Positions 25,046 through 37,785 of a DNA stretch of 64,000 nt are shown here, in pieces. The DNA is taken from positions 15,874,001 through 15,938,000 of the forward strand of contig CM059432.1 of NCBI GenBank assembly GCA_030390025.1. Reading direction: 5' to 3'. Every line of letters begins with the position of its first letter. Position 1 is the first letter of the stretch. This DNA comes from Squalus acanthias. Its lineage: Eukaryota. Under the pieces are notes generated by a model. It saw nothing but the letters and a program-made list of their open reading frames with translations. It searched no databases and had not been told where the DNA came from. Both the position numbers and the translations under genes were made by a program.

Positions 25046-25170
25046 AAAGCACCCGCTGTGAAGGTCACCCACTTCAAAGGCTGCATGGGCGAAGCGTTCC
25101 TAGATGGAAAATCCATTGGCTTGTGGAACTATCGAGAAAGAGAAGGGAATTGCAATGGGTGCTTTGCAAG
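25046..25170 (+). CDS. LAMA1: LAMA1 LG1 end (KAPAVKVTHFKGCMGEAFLDGKSIGLWNYREREGNCNGCFA)
   Basis: cag| and |gtaaaa; follows a 107-bp intron; phase 0 to 2. Confidence 0.96.
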
Positions 25171-25679
25171 GTAAAAACTGATCAGCTTCCCTTATTTGCT
25201 GGCATTTCCTTAAATAACTTTCTTATCGACGAATTTTGTGCCCCTCAAGGTTGGGTGATGTTGACACCAAGCACTCGGAGGTATAGCACAGCCAGTGGCA
25301 GAATGAAGCCCACCTCGTGGTGCCTAATAATGTTTGACTCAACCCCAACTTTATAAGAGCACCGTTTTACTGCAACATTGTGGCATTTTTCATTTCCCCG
25401 CTGTGATATTGCCACTATAATACCCTATTTTGTACTAGTCTGAGAGATGGAATACGTTGCGATTCTGCAGCATAGTGCTGTTGCTGTAAGTATCATCCTC
25501 CTGAGACATTCTGATCTACGCACCGACTTTCTAATCTTTATTTTAAGATAATTGTGCGCAAAATAATGCTTCACGGCTCTTAGAATCACGACATGTTACC
25601 CGGTGTACTGATGCGTTTTTGTAAAATTTCTTTTTCACTTTAATTTTGCTGAGATTCATATGCTTTGTGTCTGTGCTCT

Positions 25680-25978
25680 TGTCTTGCCCTCTTGAGCATC
25701 CCTGATTATAATCGCTCCACCATTGGTGGCCGTGGCTTCTGTTGCCTCGGCCCTAAGCTCTGGAATTCCCTGCCTAAACCGCTCCACCTCTCTACTTCTC
25801 TTTCCTCCTTTAAGACGGTCCTTAAAACCTACCTCTTTGACTAAGCTTTTGGTCACCTGCCCTAATTTATCCTTATGTGACTCGGTGTCAAATTATTCGT
25901 CTTTTAATACTCCTGTGCAGCGCCTTGGGACGTTTTACTACGTTGAAAGACGCTATATAAATACAAGTTGTTGTTGCT
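25680..25978 (+). mobile_element. L2-like LINE 3' end
   Basis: ...CTCTGGAATTCCCTGCC...TTAAAACCTACCTCTTTGAC...GCTATATAAATACAAGTTGTTG; similar copy at ~59405-59625. Confidence 0.75.
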
Positions 25979-27210
25979 GTTCTTGGAACACTGCACAGCT
26001 GTAAACAGATTTGTTGTTTGAACCAGTTATAATGCCAATTGTAAATGTGGGTTGCACAGTTCACATTCATTTTGACAATGATAAAGGTAAGGATTTCAAT
26101 AAGACCAGAAAAAGCACAGCCGCTCAGTCAGCCTTTGATGGAGAAAGCTAGGCTAATGTTTGAGGAGTGCACATCACTTCATGGGTCACGCCCCAAGCAT
26201 TAATCTGTCTTTCTCTTTCAGATGCTGGTTAAACTGCTGTAAATTTAGAGCGTTTTTTTTTAATTTCAGATTTCTAGAATTTTTTTTTTATATATACCTC
26301 CACAAAAAGATTTGAGTGTTTCCTTCCATTTGAAGGGAGCCGTACGACTGCTTCGATCCTTATTTCAGCTGCACATGCCTGGTGCATTTCAGGGCGCCGA
26401 GGCCCGCACGTAGCTCACTACCGCACGTTAGGTTCATCACGCTCCTGAATTTTATTCAGATCAGAGGATCGGCCTATAGCGCACGTGGCCGCTTGGGCAC
26501 TGCTCCAGATACTCGGTGCCCGTGTGGAACAGGCGCTGCGGGGAAAGCCCTGGCCAGTACGTCAGGCTCCTTGGTTTCATGACCGTGATTTGCTGCCCTT
26601 TTGCTATTCTCCTGTCTTTAATATCGTAACTCATTTATTTGTTCAGATGCTTTGCTACTTTTTAATGTTCGCAAAGTGTACGAAGCTGCAAATGCAATGA
26701 GCATTAAAAGCTACCCGCCCTTTACGAGAGCCCGGTGCCCAATAACGCCCCTTGACCTCATGGCGCTCCCAGTACGTCTCATGCAGTTTGCTGGGAGCAC
26801 CCATTTTTTTTTTTTCCGGATTAGCGTAACGTCATCTCCACATCCTGAGCTACATGAAATGTCCAAAGTTCCTGCACTGGAATGGCCCCCCGCTCCATGT
26901 CTAACCGGGCCTTCGATCTCAGTCTTTCTAGAGGGAAGATTTATTAATCGGTGTCAAGTTGTGTGTGTTCGGTCTGTGCTACTCACAAAGCCCATTGCAA
27001 ATTATCCAACAATGGCCCAACAATAGATTTGGAGGGAAGTAGATTGAGTGAGATGGTGAAACTGCTTCGATTCAAACACTCTATAATGCTGCTTTTTTTT
27101 AGTGTAATAATCTAATACATCGGATTTCACCTCTATGTGAAGATATCAACCTGTGATGTACATTGGTTGGATAGAATCAGTTGAAGATGAGCATTGTACA
27201 TATTCTGCAG

Positions 27211-27361
27211 ATCACAGAACGAAGACATCGCCTTCCACTTTGATGGTAGCGGCTATTCAGCTGTCGAGAAGATATTACGCTCCACGACAACTCAATTGGT
27301 GATGCACTTCAGCACGTTCTCACCTAATGGCCTGCTGCTGTACCTTGCTTCAAATGGCACC
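27211..27361 (+). CDS. LAMA1: LAMA1 LG2 start (SQNEDIAFHFDGSGYS...TFSPNGLLLYLASNGT)
   Basis: cag| and |gtaagc; phase 2 to 0. Confidence 0.96.
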
Positions 27362-27617
27362 GTAAGCATCATGCGGCTCGGACTGCTGCGTCATTCCTTC
27401 TTTCATAACTGTGTACTTGTAAAACTCAAATCATTTTTGAAACATTATTCCATTTATTTCCACTGTAAACTATGAATTGTTAAAATATTGAATGTTCATG
27501 AATTAATCTTTCACAGGCAATTTTTTGTACTTTGTTGCGTCATTCTTATAGTACAAGCTGAAAGTACTCCCAGTACAATTCAGCAGCAATCCCAGACAGG
27601 CTTGTTCACGATCCCTC

Positions 27618-28212
27618 AAAAGCAGGGAGGTTATGATGGAGCTGTATAAAACGCTAGTTAGGCCGCAGCTGGAATACTGTGTGCAGTACTGGTCACCACA
27701 CTATAGGAAGGATGTGATTGCATTGGAGAGGGTGCAGAGGAGATTCACCAGGATGTTACCTGGGCTGGAGCGCTTCAGCTATGAAGAGAGACTGGACAGG
27801 CTGGGGTTGTTTTCCTTAGAGCAGAGAAGGCTGACGGGGGACCTGATTGAGGTGTACAAAATTATGAGGGGCATAGATAGGGTAGATAGAAAGGAACTTT
27901 TCCCCTTAGTAGAGGGATCAATAACCAGGGGGCATAGTTTCAAGGTAAGGAGCAGGAGGTTTAGAGGGGATTTGAGGAAAAACTTTTTCACCCAGAGGGT
28001 GGTTTGAATCTGGAACTCACTGCCTGAAAGGGTGGTAGAGGCAGGAACCCTCACAACATTCAAGAAGCATTTAGATCAGCACTTGAAACACCATAGCATA
28101 CAAGGCAACGGACCAAGTGCTGGAAAAGGGGATTCGAATAGACAGGGCTTGATGGCCGGCGCGGACACGATGGGACGAAGGGCCTCTTTCTGTGCTGTAT
28201 AACTCTATGACT
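27618..28212 (+). mobile_element. CR1 LINE 3' fragment
   Basis: ORF 27633-28007 is a CR1 ORF2 C-terminus; tail ...CTCTATGACTC. Confidence 0.92.
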
Positions 28213-28216
28213 CCAT

Positions 28217-29058
28217 GGGCTCAATTTTCACCGGCCCATGGAGGCGGGTTTGGAGGTGGGAGTGGTGTGAAAATAGCAGATTCGGGGGTCCCGAACCCAT
28301 CCCGCCCCCAACCCGCCTCCATGCCAGTTTCCCAGGAGGCGGGTGCCCGACCTGTGCTGGGACCCGCCTCCCCGAGGCGGGAAGGGGATTAGTGCCAATA
28401 AACTGCCTGTTAACAGGTAGTTAACAGGCAGTTTTTTGCCTAATCCCTTTTTTAGCCCTGAAGTGTGGGCCTCCCGACAGGTCCGAACCACGCCTATTTA
28501 GCGAGGTGGACCGTCGGTCTGGAAGGCTTGGAGGGGTCGAGATGTCTGGTGTGCAGGTGAGTGATGGGTGCATGAGTGCAGAGGTAAGTGTGTTTGGTGT
28601 GTGTAAAGTATTTTAAGAACTTTTACTTACCTTAACTTTGTCCTGCAGGCTAGCTTCCTTAAGGTGTCGGGAGTCCCTCAGCTCACCGGCACAGAAAGCA
28701 GAATGGCCGCGGAGCTGTCAAAAGCTGCAGTCTCTGCTTTCTGTGCTGGATTGATTTCTAACTGAGTCTAAGTACAGGGACTCATGTTAGAAACCATATT
28801 GTCAGTGTTTGACAGCTTCACAGAGTTGTCAAATGCTGAAATTTCATCTGTCAAAAGCTCTTGACAGATGAAATTTCAATGGCTGACGTCACCTGTATCC
28901 AAGGGACCCTTGATTGGCCTGCTAAGCCCGCTGGGCGGGCTTAACAAGGTCAATCAAGGGAAAATACAGTGGGTTGGCCACAAGTCGATGGAGGTGGGAC
29001 TACAACCCAAAAAGTGGGGGTCCCGCCTCCATCACGTCCCCATTGACAAAATCCAGCC
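28217..29058 (+). mobile_element. ~840-bp MITE family, copy 1
   Basis: TIR-like ends GGGCTCAATTTT / AAAATCCAGCCC; colinear with 39352-40186 (inverted) and 53100-53942. Confidence 0.8.
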
Positions 29059-29519
29059 CTATGACTCTAACTGTAACTCAAATCATGGATACTGTAATGC
29101 TGTGCTATGCGGTTCAGATTCCCTTTAATAGGCATTCCCATGGCTGTGAAACTCCCTTTCTGTCTGTGAAATATCACAAGGATAACACTTTCCAATGGAT
29201 CCCTACAACTGAACACCTGCTGGGGGCTGTATTTGTCTGATGGGGAAGTTCATTTTCTGATTAGCAGGCCGTGTTTGTTTCTAGCAGAGTGAAGAAGTAG
29301 AATTGGGTCCGGTTTATGATCAGTTGTTCTGCAGACGTACCTGCTTCCTTTTCATGTTTCTTCCACAGAACAGAGAAAATGGGACCGAATGGCAGAATGC
29401 ACTTTCCGCAACACGAGTTTACAATTGTGGAATCAGATTGACTGATCGTTCATCTCATTGCTGTGTGAGAAATGTTCAAACTTATGTGCCTCCCCTTAAT
29501 CCTGTTTATCTTTTATCAG

Positions 29520-29664
29520 AGAGATTTCTTAGCAGTAGAGCTGGCAGATGGGAAAGTTCGAGTAACTTTTGACCTTGGGTCTGGAGTTCTAACCCTCATG
29601 TCCGAAAAACGGTATAACAATGGAACATGGTTTAAAATTGCATTTCACCGCAACCGGAAGCTAG
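29520..29664 (+). CDS. LAMA1: LAMA1 LG2 exon (RDFLAVELADGKV...YNNGTWFKIAFHRNRKL)
   Basis: cag| and |gtaaga; phase 0 to 1. Confidence 0.96.
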
Positions 29665-30841
29665 GTAAGAAAACTCATTTCTAAGTCAATCTTTGAGTTC
29701 ATGTTTCTCAGTTTATTGGGTTTGATAAAAATTAAAAGAATACATATTCCCGAGAAATGCTCCATAGCGGTCTTATTCTTAAGTATTCGTCCTCTAGATG
29801 AGTTGCTAACCATGGTCCTACCTGCCTGTTCTGTTGGTTCAGTTGGACATTAATGATCCTAGCACTATTCGAAGAAGAGCACAGAGGTTCTCCCACTGTC
29901 CTGGCCAACACTCCTCCCTCAAACCAATATCACAAAAAAAACCAGATTAACTAGCCATTTATCTCATTGCTGTTTGTGGGATGTTGCTGATGCGGAATGG
30001 CTGCCCCATTTACTTACATTGAAAAATAGTCAATGCACTTCCAAAAAACGATTCTCAAAGTGTTTTGACATGATAAAGCATTATATAAGTACAAGTATTA
30101 TTTCTCTTAACAAATACCTTGTGAGTAACGTAAACTTTCAGTCAACATAATGTGAAGATGATGTCGCTGCTCTCCCAATAGTGGCTGCCGTCTTGTTTCC
30201 CTCCAATTTTCTTCCCTCCAATTTTCTCCCCTCCTGCCCTGAAGGCGCTGACTCTTCTTGCAATCCAAAGGTAAATTCACTGCTCCAGCACTCCTGTGGT
30301 TGGTCTCGGTCAAAAGCACATGTCAGAGAATCGAGACTGTGAGCCCAGATTTTGACGGAATCCACTGGACGGGATGGGGCGAGTTCAGGTCAGGCGCCCG
30401 TTTTACACCCCGCCTGACTTTACTCTGTATTGACTTCAATATGACACCGTCTCCCTTTGGGCGAGGCTCCCCCGCCGGGAGCATGGAATCGTCGAATTTA
30501 CCTTTCTGTCCCACACATGCCAGCAACCTGCTAGCACTTTGCCCCAAGTGGCTATTCTTCATGTGTGAGCACAGACAGTAATTATTGGCGGGTACTCAGC
30601 CACGAGGGACATAATAGCCGAACCCAGTCCGATTAACAGCTGATAGCCACATTTCCCAGCAGGGATCACTATCCAGTGATCAGGACAGGACAGCTGGCTT
30701 CCGTTTTCTCCGGTCATGGCACAGGGAAGTGAAGGATAGCGCCCCTACCACTGAGATCGGAGGTGCAAACCTGGGACTTCCCTGCTCAGTAACACATCAC
30801 CAGGAACGTTTTAACAGAGCAGCTGTATTGAATGTTCACAG

Positions 30842-30983
30842 GTGTTTTGGCTGTCATGGACCCATTTAATTCAACTGATCGAGAAACCAAACAAGGAGAA
30901 TCACCAGGGACTGCTTCTGATCTTAATCGTGGACACAAAGATCCAATATACATCGGGGGACTACCTCGCTCCAGAAGTTACAG
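30842..30983 (+). CDS. LAMA1: LAMA1 LG2 exon (GVLAVMDPFN...KDPIYIGGLPRSRSY)
   Basis: cag| and |gtactt; phase 1 to 2. Confidence 0.95.
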
Positions 30984-31431
30984 GTACTTTAATGTATTAC
31001 CAGGCCAAAATTGCAAGACTGCACTGCTGGTGCAGAGTCTCACTGGATATGACCAGAGATAGGGCTATAACCTCCCAATGTTACAGCCTCACAGTACTGG
31101 CCCTGAAATGTATATTTTATCTGGCTATTTTGCACTACTTTTGCGCTGTGCAAGTTCATTCTGATTGCTATTTTAGTACATTGCAATCCGTAACACACAA
31201 CCCTCAAGTTATGGTGTACCTATTTGAGATGAGTAAAGCTTTGGACCGTCAAAAGTTTCATTCTGGGATTACTAAACCTCCATGGTAGAGTATCTCCATG
31301 TTTCATTGAATTCTCTTTCCAAGTGCTCCACAGAGGATGCCAGTTGGGAAGAGACTGATCCAAATGTTCATTCCCAAACCTGCCCTTCAGAAACTGGCAC
31401 ACATCATTAATTGGGGTTTAGTGAGCAGTAT

Positions 31432-32140
31432 TGGCCCGTATTTTCCGATCCCTACTTGTGTGTACGAGCTGCGCTGAAAACCGGCATTTCCGATCTGTCA
31501 AGAATGCTCTTGACAGATTGAACGCCTGCCCTGGAGAAGGGCCTCTGCGGGTGGAGAGTTCCGCTTTCTGGAGAACCTCCGCCCGCAGAAAACCCTTAGA
31601 AATCTTACGCCTGGTAAAAGCATAAGGCCTGCTTTTACCGGCATAAGAGTTGAAAAAAAGTTTTAAAAAAAAATTTCCACTCATTTATAATTTAAAAATA
31701 CTTTTAAAAAAGGTAAGTTTATTTTTAGCCCCGTCAAAAACTTCAATTATTTTTTCAAAAAATTAAATTTTTGTTTAAAATATTTAATTTACTGTAATTT
31801 TAACTCATTTTAAAAACGTGATTTTAATTTTTTTTTTATTTATTTAATGTTTTACTGTGTTTTTGGGGGTGATCTCAATTCATATATTTGACAGGTCTAT
31901 CTGTCAAGTGTATGAAGGGAGATTCCCTTCTTATATTGGCTCCCCATGGCCCACGTGATCCCAGGGACGCTTGTGAACCGCCTGCGCCCCTGGGATACCG
32001 TGGGCCCTGCACATTTCGACTGTGGAGAGGCCCAGGATCGGAAGTGTCCGCACCTCGGGAGCCCTCAGGTAAGTCCGTAGATTTTTTTCCGATAGGAGGC
32101 CTCCGCACGCGGGAAGCCTCCGATCGGAAATTACGGGCCA
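31432..32140. mobile_element. MITE with AT-rich centre
   Basis: TIRs TGGCCCGTATTTTCCGATC / GATCGGAAATTACGGGCCA. Confidence 0.8.
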
Positions 32141-32291
32141 TCGTTTTCCTTCTGAAGACAGTTTCATTCTGTTTACTTTTCAGGAAAGCTAAGCTATATC
32201 TTTTTAACAGTCCCTACCTCAACCTATTGTACGAGCTGTGATGCTGTTTCAAATTCAGGTTTTTAACTGCAGTCGTTGGCTGTTTTTGCAG

Positions 32292-32406
32292 GAAAGAAGT
32301 TCTCAGCAAATCGTTTGTGGGCTGCTTGAAGAAGGTGGAGATTTACCGATCGACGTTTGACTTGCTGAGGAATTCCTTGGGTGTGAAGAAAGGTTGCTTG
32401 CTTGAG
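32292..32406 (+). CDS. LAMA1: LAMA1 LG2 end (KEVLSKSFVGCLKKVEIYRSTFDLLRNSLGVKKGCLLE)
   Basis: cag| and |gtaaaa; translated by hand (absent from the ORF track); phase 2 to 0. Confidence 0.95.
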
Positions 32407-32703
32407 GTAAAAAAAAAACCAGAAATATAAAAAGCCTTGGAGCTTAACTCGATTTTTATTTCTCCAACTCCTACCAGGTTAGCGAGGGAACATTAGCAGC
32501 GTCAGCCAATTTGCTGTGCGTAGGTGCATCAAATGATGCTTTATTGAGGAGGACCAACTGCTTCATGTCGCTGTCTAATCAGTAACACCAGCTGCTGAAT
32601 CCCACCTGGATGCTTGCTTTTCCAGAGTCGAGGGGGTGATTGATGGTATGAGTGTGGCCACCCGAGGCCTTGTGCCTAATGCCGTGGATGCTATGGAGGT
32701 TAC

Positions 32704-32935
32704 ATACATAGATACATAGAAGATAGGAGCAGGAGTAGGCCATCCGGCCCTTCAAGCCTGCTCCGCCATTTAATGAGATCATGGCTGATCCTCCAATTCA
32801 GTATCCCGTCCCCGCCTTCTCTCCGTAACCCTTAACCCCTTTTGCCTGTAGAAATATATCTAATTCCCTCTTAAATATATTTAATGAGCTGGCGTACACT
32901 GCCCTCTGTGGCAATGAGTTCCACAGGTTCACCAC
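32704..32935 (-). mobile_element. Young CR1 3' end
   Basis: Reverse complement closely matches 43450-43678 and 49520-49749; short (TCTATGTA)-type tail. Confidence 0.9.
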
Positions 32936-33365
32936 AGGTTCTATTCCATTATTCTGCAGCTGCTTTCTGACCACCAGCAAGTCAATGCCTACTTCCCCGG
33001 CAGCTCCCACAATGGGCCGAATTTCCCGTGGTAGTGGCGGGTCGGGTGGGAAAGTTGGGGTTTCTTTTGACAGTGGGTCGGGAACCCGCTGTCGACTCGC
33101 TCCCTCGTGCCTTTCCCACAGGCGCATCTGTCGGTGTGGAGCCAGCCCGACCTGCGGCGGCGGGGGACCCAAATGAAATCATTATGAGGTGCTTTACAGG
33201 CACTTAAGAGCCTTTCTCCCCCTACTTTTTAAATTTCCCTGCATGGCCACGGGATTTGCACAGCTCGGGAACCACTTCTGTCAACCTAAGCCGTGAGTTC
33301 CGTGGCCATTGCTCCAGCTGATTACTTGACAGCATGGAAAACAAACCAAAATAAAAAAACAAAAA

Positions 33366-33755
33366 GAAAATACTGCAGATGCTGGAAATCTGAAATAAAA
33401 ACAGAAAATGCTGGAAATACTCAGCAGGTCAGGCAGCATCTGTGAAGAGAAAAACAGGGTTAACGTTTCAGGTCGATGACCTTTCGTCAGAACTGGAAAA
33501 AAGCAGGAAATAGAACAGATTTTTAAGCAAGTGTAGGAGCTGGGAAAGGGGGGAGGGGATGAAAGAACAAAAGGGAAGGTCTGTGATAGGATAGAAAGCA
33601 GGAGAGGTTAAGAGACATTAAGAGATATTCAAGGCAAAAGGGGACGGTAATGGGACAGGTTAAGAAACAAAAGATGGCTCTAGATGAAGTGTAAATTGCG
33701 CTGGCAGAATGAAAGACAGCTGCCATGTGGGAGAGAAGAACAGAAGGCACAAACA
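33366..33755 (-). mobile_element. Penelope-like element fragment
   Basis: AACAGAAAATGCTGGAAATACTCAGCAGGTCAGGCAGCATC...AACGTTTCAGGTC block recurs at ~20630, ~21215, ~24061 and ~59840; the PLE assignment rests on the hammerhead motif and my recall of the family. Confidence 0.65.
33459..33493 (-). ncRNA. Minimal type I hammerhead ribozyme motif
   Basis: Minus strand reads gtt CTGACGA aAGGTC atc GACCT GAAACGT t aac: CUGANGA/GAAA core, stem II, palindromic ACGT helix III and stem I gtt/aac. Confidence 0.7.
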
Positions 33756-34739
33756 AAAAAAAACATGTTGATTACATCAGCTAACAGATTGATGGAGATT
33801 CTGTTCTACTTGAAAAGCTACTGGTAAATGTTAACTTTTCACTGGCCATTCTCGGCTGTTGCCTTCCAACTCAACAGTAATTGCAGTGAATTGATCCGCA
33901 CTATAAAAAATGACACATATCATTAAATACATTTTTTGTGGTGTTTCTGGTCAGGTTTTTCTCACAGTATGCTGTGATTGTTCAGTTACACATTAAATCA
34001 AGTCATCAACCGTAACAATTTCATTCTCATCACTCATTCCACTGGTTCAATTTGCTTTCAGTCCCTGAATATGACTAATTTAACTTTTCAGTCTGAGACT
34101 TTAGGGTGAATTTCTGCAGAGGTTCTCTCACTTGTCCATTGTTAACTTCAATGGAAGAGCTGCAGAAATCCCAGAAACACATTGTAAGCACCACTTACAC
34201 TGTTCGTCAGGGATTCCACAGCTCTTCTGCTGAACTTGCATAAGATTGTAAATCCACCCCTTTACAATTACATTTAAAATCTGCTAAATTTTATGTATTA
34301 GCTATACACACACATCTTTTATTTGTACCAGTTACTGATACAAAATTCTATAAATTTGTGACTAAAGCACCAATAGCTTCCCAATTAATGTACTTTATTC
34401 ATTATGTTCTTGATCGTATTGGTAGATGGAGTCATATTACTTAATAATTTTATTTAAATATTTCTTTGTCACTCATATAACTTATATTATTGTACAGTAA
34501 AGATTTAACACCCACTATGTTAGATTAAACTTAAAATTTAATGTGGCCATGGTCCCTTTAAGGATCCCGGCTTAACACGTCACGATTGACGTCACCAGAT
34601 ACGCTCCATCTAATTGGGACGGGTAATGTGCTGGGTGGGTTTAATAGGCCCCATTAAGGTAAGTTCATTTTGTACAGCAGGATGGAGCCAGCAGCGGGGT
34701 CGGGACCCGCCAAGGTAAGGAAAATTCTAGCCAAAGTTT

Positions 34740-35020
34740 TTATTTTGCACAAGTCACCTTTTGCCAGCCTTATTTGAAGGCAAAGAGCGATTGGGTCCTT
34801 GATGCCCAAGGCTACCCTCCAGCCCTGGCTAGTGATACTCCTGTGGCAGCTACGTACAGAGCCTGAGTGCCAAGACGAGGCCCAGACAGTCATCACGATC
34901 AACTGAGCACTTGAAGAAAGACATCAGATGTACGGGCAGATCAGGAGACGCGTTGCAGTACGTCCCCCAAACAATGTCTCAAGGGTCATCATCATCTGCT
35001 CCATATTCCATACCTTTGCT
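34740..35020 (+). pseudogene. Decayed Harbinger/HARBI1-like DDE transposase C-terminus
   Basis: Frameshifted QGYP/QPWLVILL..RTEPE and LKKDIRCTGRSGDALQYVP../RVIIICSIFH resemble GYPLxPWL...RFRCLDxSGGxLQYxP...IIxxCCxLHN. Confidence 0.7.
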
Positions 35021-36329
35021 CCACAAAGAGTCCTCACAATGTAGGAGGCGCATGCCAATATGGAATCAAGGCCACAACATTGGTGAGAAACAGTGCTGGT
35101 GAATTGTGTGTGCCAGCCTCCTTGTGGCTCTCTTGTGGGAAGCTTTCACTAAAAAACCTGTTCAGATTCTGGTTATGTTCAGATTCTGGTTACCCTGGGC
35201 CTCCTGGTGCCTTGTGATGGCCGTACATTTGAGTTAGTGACATCTACTGCTACCGTGACTGACTGACTGGCCCTGCATGATTTGTTGCCTATCACTTGCA
35301 CAGGAATTATCTTGCATTTATATAGTGCCTTTCACGACCTCACGGCGTCCCAAAGTGCTTTACAGCCAATGAAGCACTTTTGAAATGTAGTCACTGTTGT
35401 AATGTAGGAAACGCGGCAGCCAATTTGCGCACAGCAAGCTCCCACAAACAGCAATGTGCTAATGACCAGATAATCTGTTTTAGTGATGTTGATTGAGAGA
35501 TACACATTGGCAAGGATAATAATGCACAATGGACTAGATGTGGCATTGCCTTGAGAGACAGCAACCTATGCCTCGTCCAGTCATGCACCTCACTAATTTG
35601 CGTGAGAGCAGAACTGTGGGCAGCTGTAAGGTCTGTGAAGCTCTGACTGAAGGTTCTCCCAATCCAGTTACCTAGCATTTTGAGGCCAGGCAAGAGAACA
35701 TCTTTAAGTTTTGAACCTGTAGCCTCTATAGCAGCAGTCTGAGCATTCGCTTCCTGTGTGCTTAGGACCTGCCCACTGAGCGCTCTGCCACCACATGCTC
35801 CTTGCACAGTTCTGGCTACTCCATACTCCGCAGTAGACCTAGCAGGGTATTTTGCACAGACGCAAATGGTTCATGCAGATGATGCTCCTCCGACATCAAT
35901 CTCCTATTTAAGCAGAGCCCGTGAGATTTGAATCCCTAGGCACTGCTGTGCGAGCCTTTTGAGCAGCAGGTCCCCGCTCTTCACCAACACTTCCTCATCT
36001 TTGCACTGTGACTGAACAAGTACAGCCTCCTCGGCCTCATGATGCGTTAACGGTGCTGGTGCTTTGCAAAGATGGTAAGAATGGCACAAGATGCTGGCTT
36101 GCTCAGGGACACTGGCCATGTCTGTCTTTCAGTCTGAAGGAAACAAAAGAAGAACATATGCCAGAATGCAGCATTACTTAAGCTCCTTCAAACAGGGCTT
36201 TCCCTGCAGTATGTGGCGTGTAATGTTACTGACTTTGAGTGTATACCTGTGTGTTAGTAAGAGAACAAGCTACGGCAGAAATACGATGGTACTGGCCCCG
36301 CTCCCTTGTTGCATTTGTGCTTTTTATAT

Positions 36330-36660
36330 TCAGGCAGATCTCTTCAGAAGGAGTCAAGATCTTGTCCTGCTTCAGACCTCCTCCAGTTCTTGTCTGCTTC
36401 CTTCTATCATGGGCCATCTTGGCCTGCAAGCAAATAAAGTAATTTTGAGATATTCGACTTTCCTTAGTTGCTTTCTTCAGGCAACCATCTTCTTCATCAC
36501 ATCTCTCCAGGTCTGCTGAGTTCTCGACGGATCATTCACCTTGTCTGGAATCTGTTCCTCTGCTTGTTGCTGTTGGAGAGAATGGCCAATGGGTTTTTTT
36601 TTCTCCTCCATTCCTTGGCTCCTGCATGAAGCACTTTCAGCAAACTGCTCTTTGCGTGGC
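36330..36660 (-). pseudogene. Decayed Harbinger Myb/SANT-like ORF
   Basis: AKMAHDRRKQTRTGGG...ILTPSEE is typical of Myb_DNA-bind_5 proteins; it lies convergent to the transposase remnant. Confidence 0.6.
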
Positions 36661-37234
36661 CGAGACACTTGTATTATACAGGAATTTTGCTGAGTGAGCC
36701 TCTGCCCCACTCTCCTTTACACTAATACAAGAGTTTAAATTGCTTCTTAATGCAGTCAGGAGCTGCTGGGCCTCATCATGAGGAATGCTGCTCCACGGGG
36801 CGGAAGTCCATCTTGTGGGTTTATACAACGCACGTTTTGGTCCTGTTACAAAGAGTTGACAAGTGGGAATTCCCCCAAAAAATGAAGTAACTGGACAATT
36901 GCATACTGTGTGATTATACCTGCAAAATAACCTGAAGGTTCTCTGCTCCTGCTCCTGCTCATCTCCTGGCTGATGGAAAGTAGATCTGTCTGCCGTTATA
37001 TATGCTTCTCACACCACATTTGGCCTGACCATTTTTCCGCTCACCAATAATATGTGATGAGTGATTTAGCTGGAAACTCTCAGTTCTGATTATAATTTTT
37101 TTCATTCGTCTGTCAGAAATCTCATCCACGGAGGTTAATTGATTTTTATTCCATGGGCTGAATAGGCCAGAGCTAAGTTATAAATGGAAATGCCTTAAAT
37201 AAAATTGGTATGTGCCTTAATTTTTTTTCAACAG

Positions 37235-37405
37235 CCTATCCGAAGTGTGACCATTTTAAATGACGGGCACATTCAGCTGCGGCCTAAAGTCCTACCAGTG
37301 GAAGCAAAGTTGATGGCGACATTTGCTACTAAGAATGGCACTGGGATCATCTTAGCCGGCTTTGGCAAATCAACTGGAAGCCGTAATCGTCGGCAGACAA
37401 AAGTG
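37235..37405 (+). CDS. LAMA1: LAMA1 LG3 start (PIRSVTILNDGHIQL...GSRNRRQTKV)
   Basis: cag| and |gtgagt; phase 0 to 0. Confidence 0.95.
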
Positions 37406-37747
37406 GTGAGTCAAGTGTTGTGGACCCACTCTCGCGTTTGGCAAAAAATCCAGCGGGGAAATGTGGAGAATTTTTTTTACGCAGCGAGATGTTATTATCT
37501 GGAATTCACTGCCTGAAAGGGTGGTGGAAGCAGATTCAATAGTAACTTTCAAAAGGTGACTGGATACTTGATGGGGGGAGAAACCTGCAGGGCTATGGGG
37601 AAAGAGCAGGGGGAGTGGGACTAATTGGAGAGCTCTTTCAAAGAGCCGGCACAGGCACGATGGGCCAAATGGCCTCCTTCTGTGCTGTATAATTCTAATG
37701 AGAAGTCGCACAACACCAGGTTATAGTCCAACAGTTTTATTTGAAAT

Positions 37748-37785
37748 CACGAGCTTTCGGAGCGCTGCTCTCCTTCGTCAGGTAC
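37748..37785 (-). ncRNA. Minimal hammerhead ribozyme motif (second family) in a Penelope-like fragment at ~37700-38020
   Basis: Minus strand reads tac CTGACGA aGGAG agcagcg CTCC GAAAGCT c gtg; palindromic AGCT helix III. Confidence 0.65.

Noticed and set aside
26146..26240. Further hammerhead in a degenerate Penelope-like piece
   Set aside because: The catalytic CUGANGA/GAAA core is not intact.
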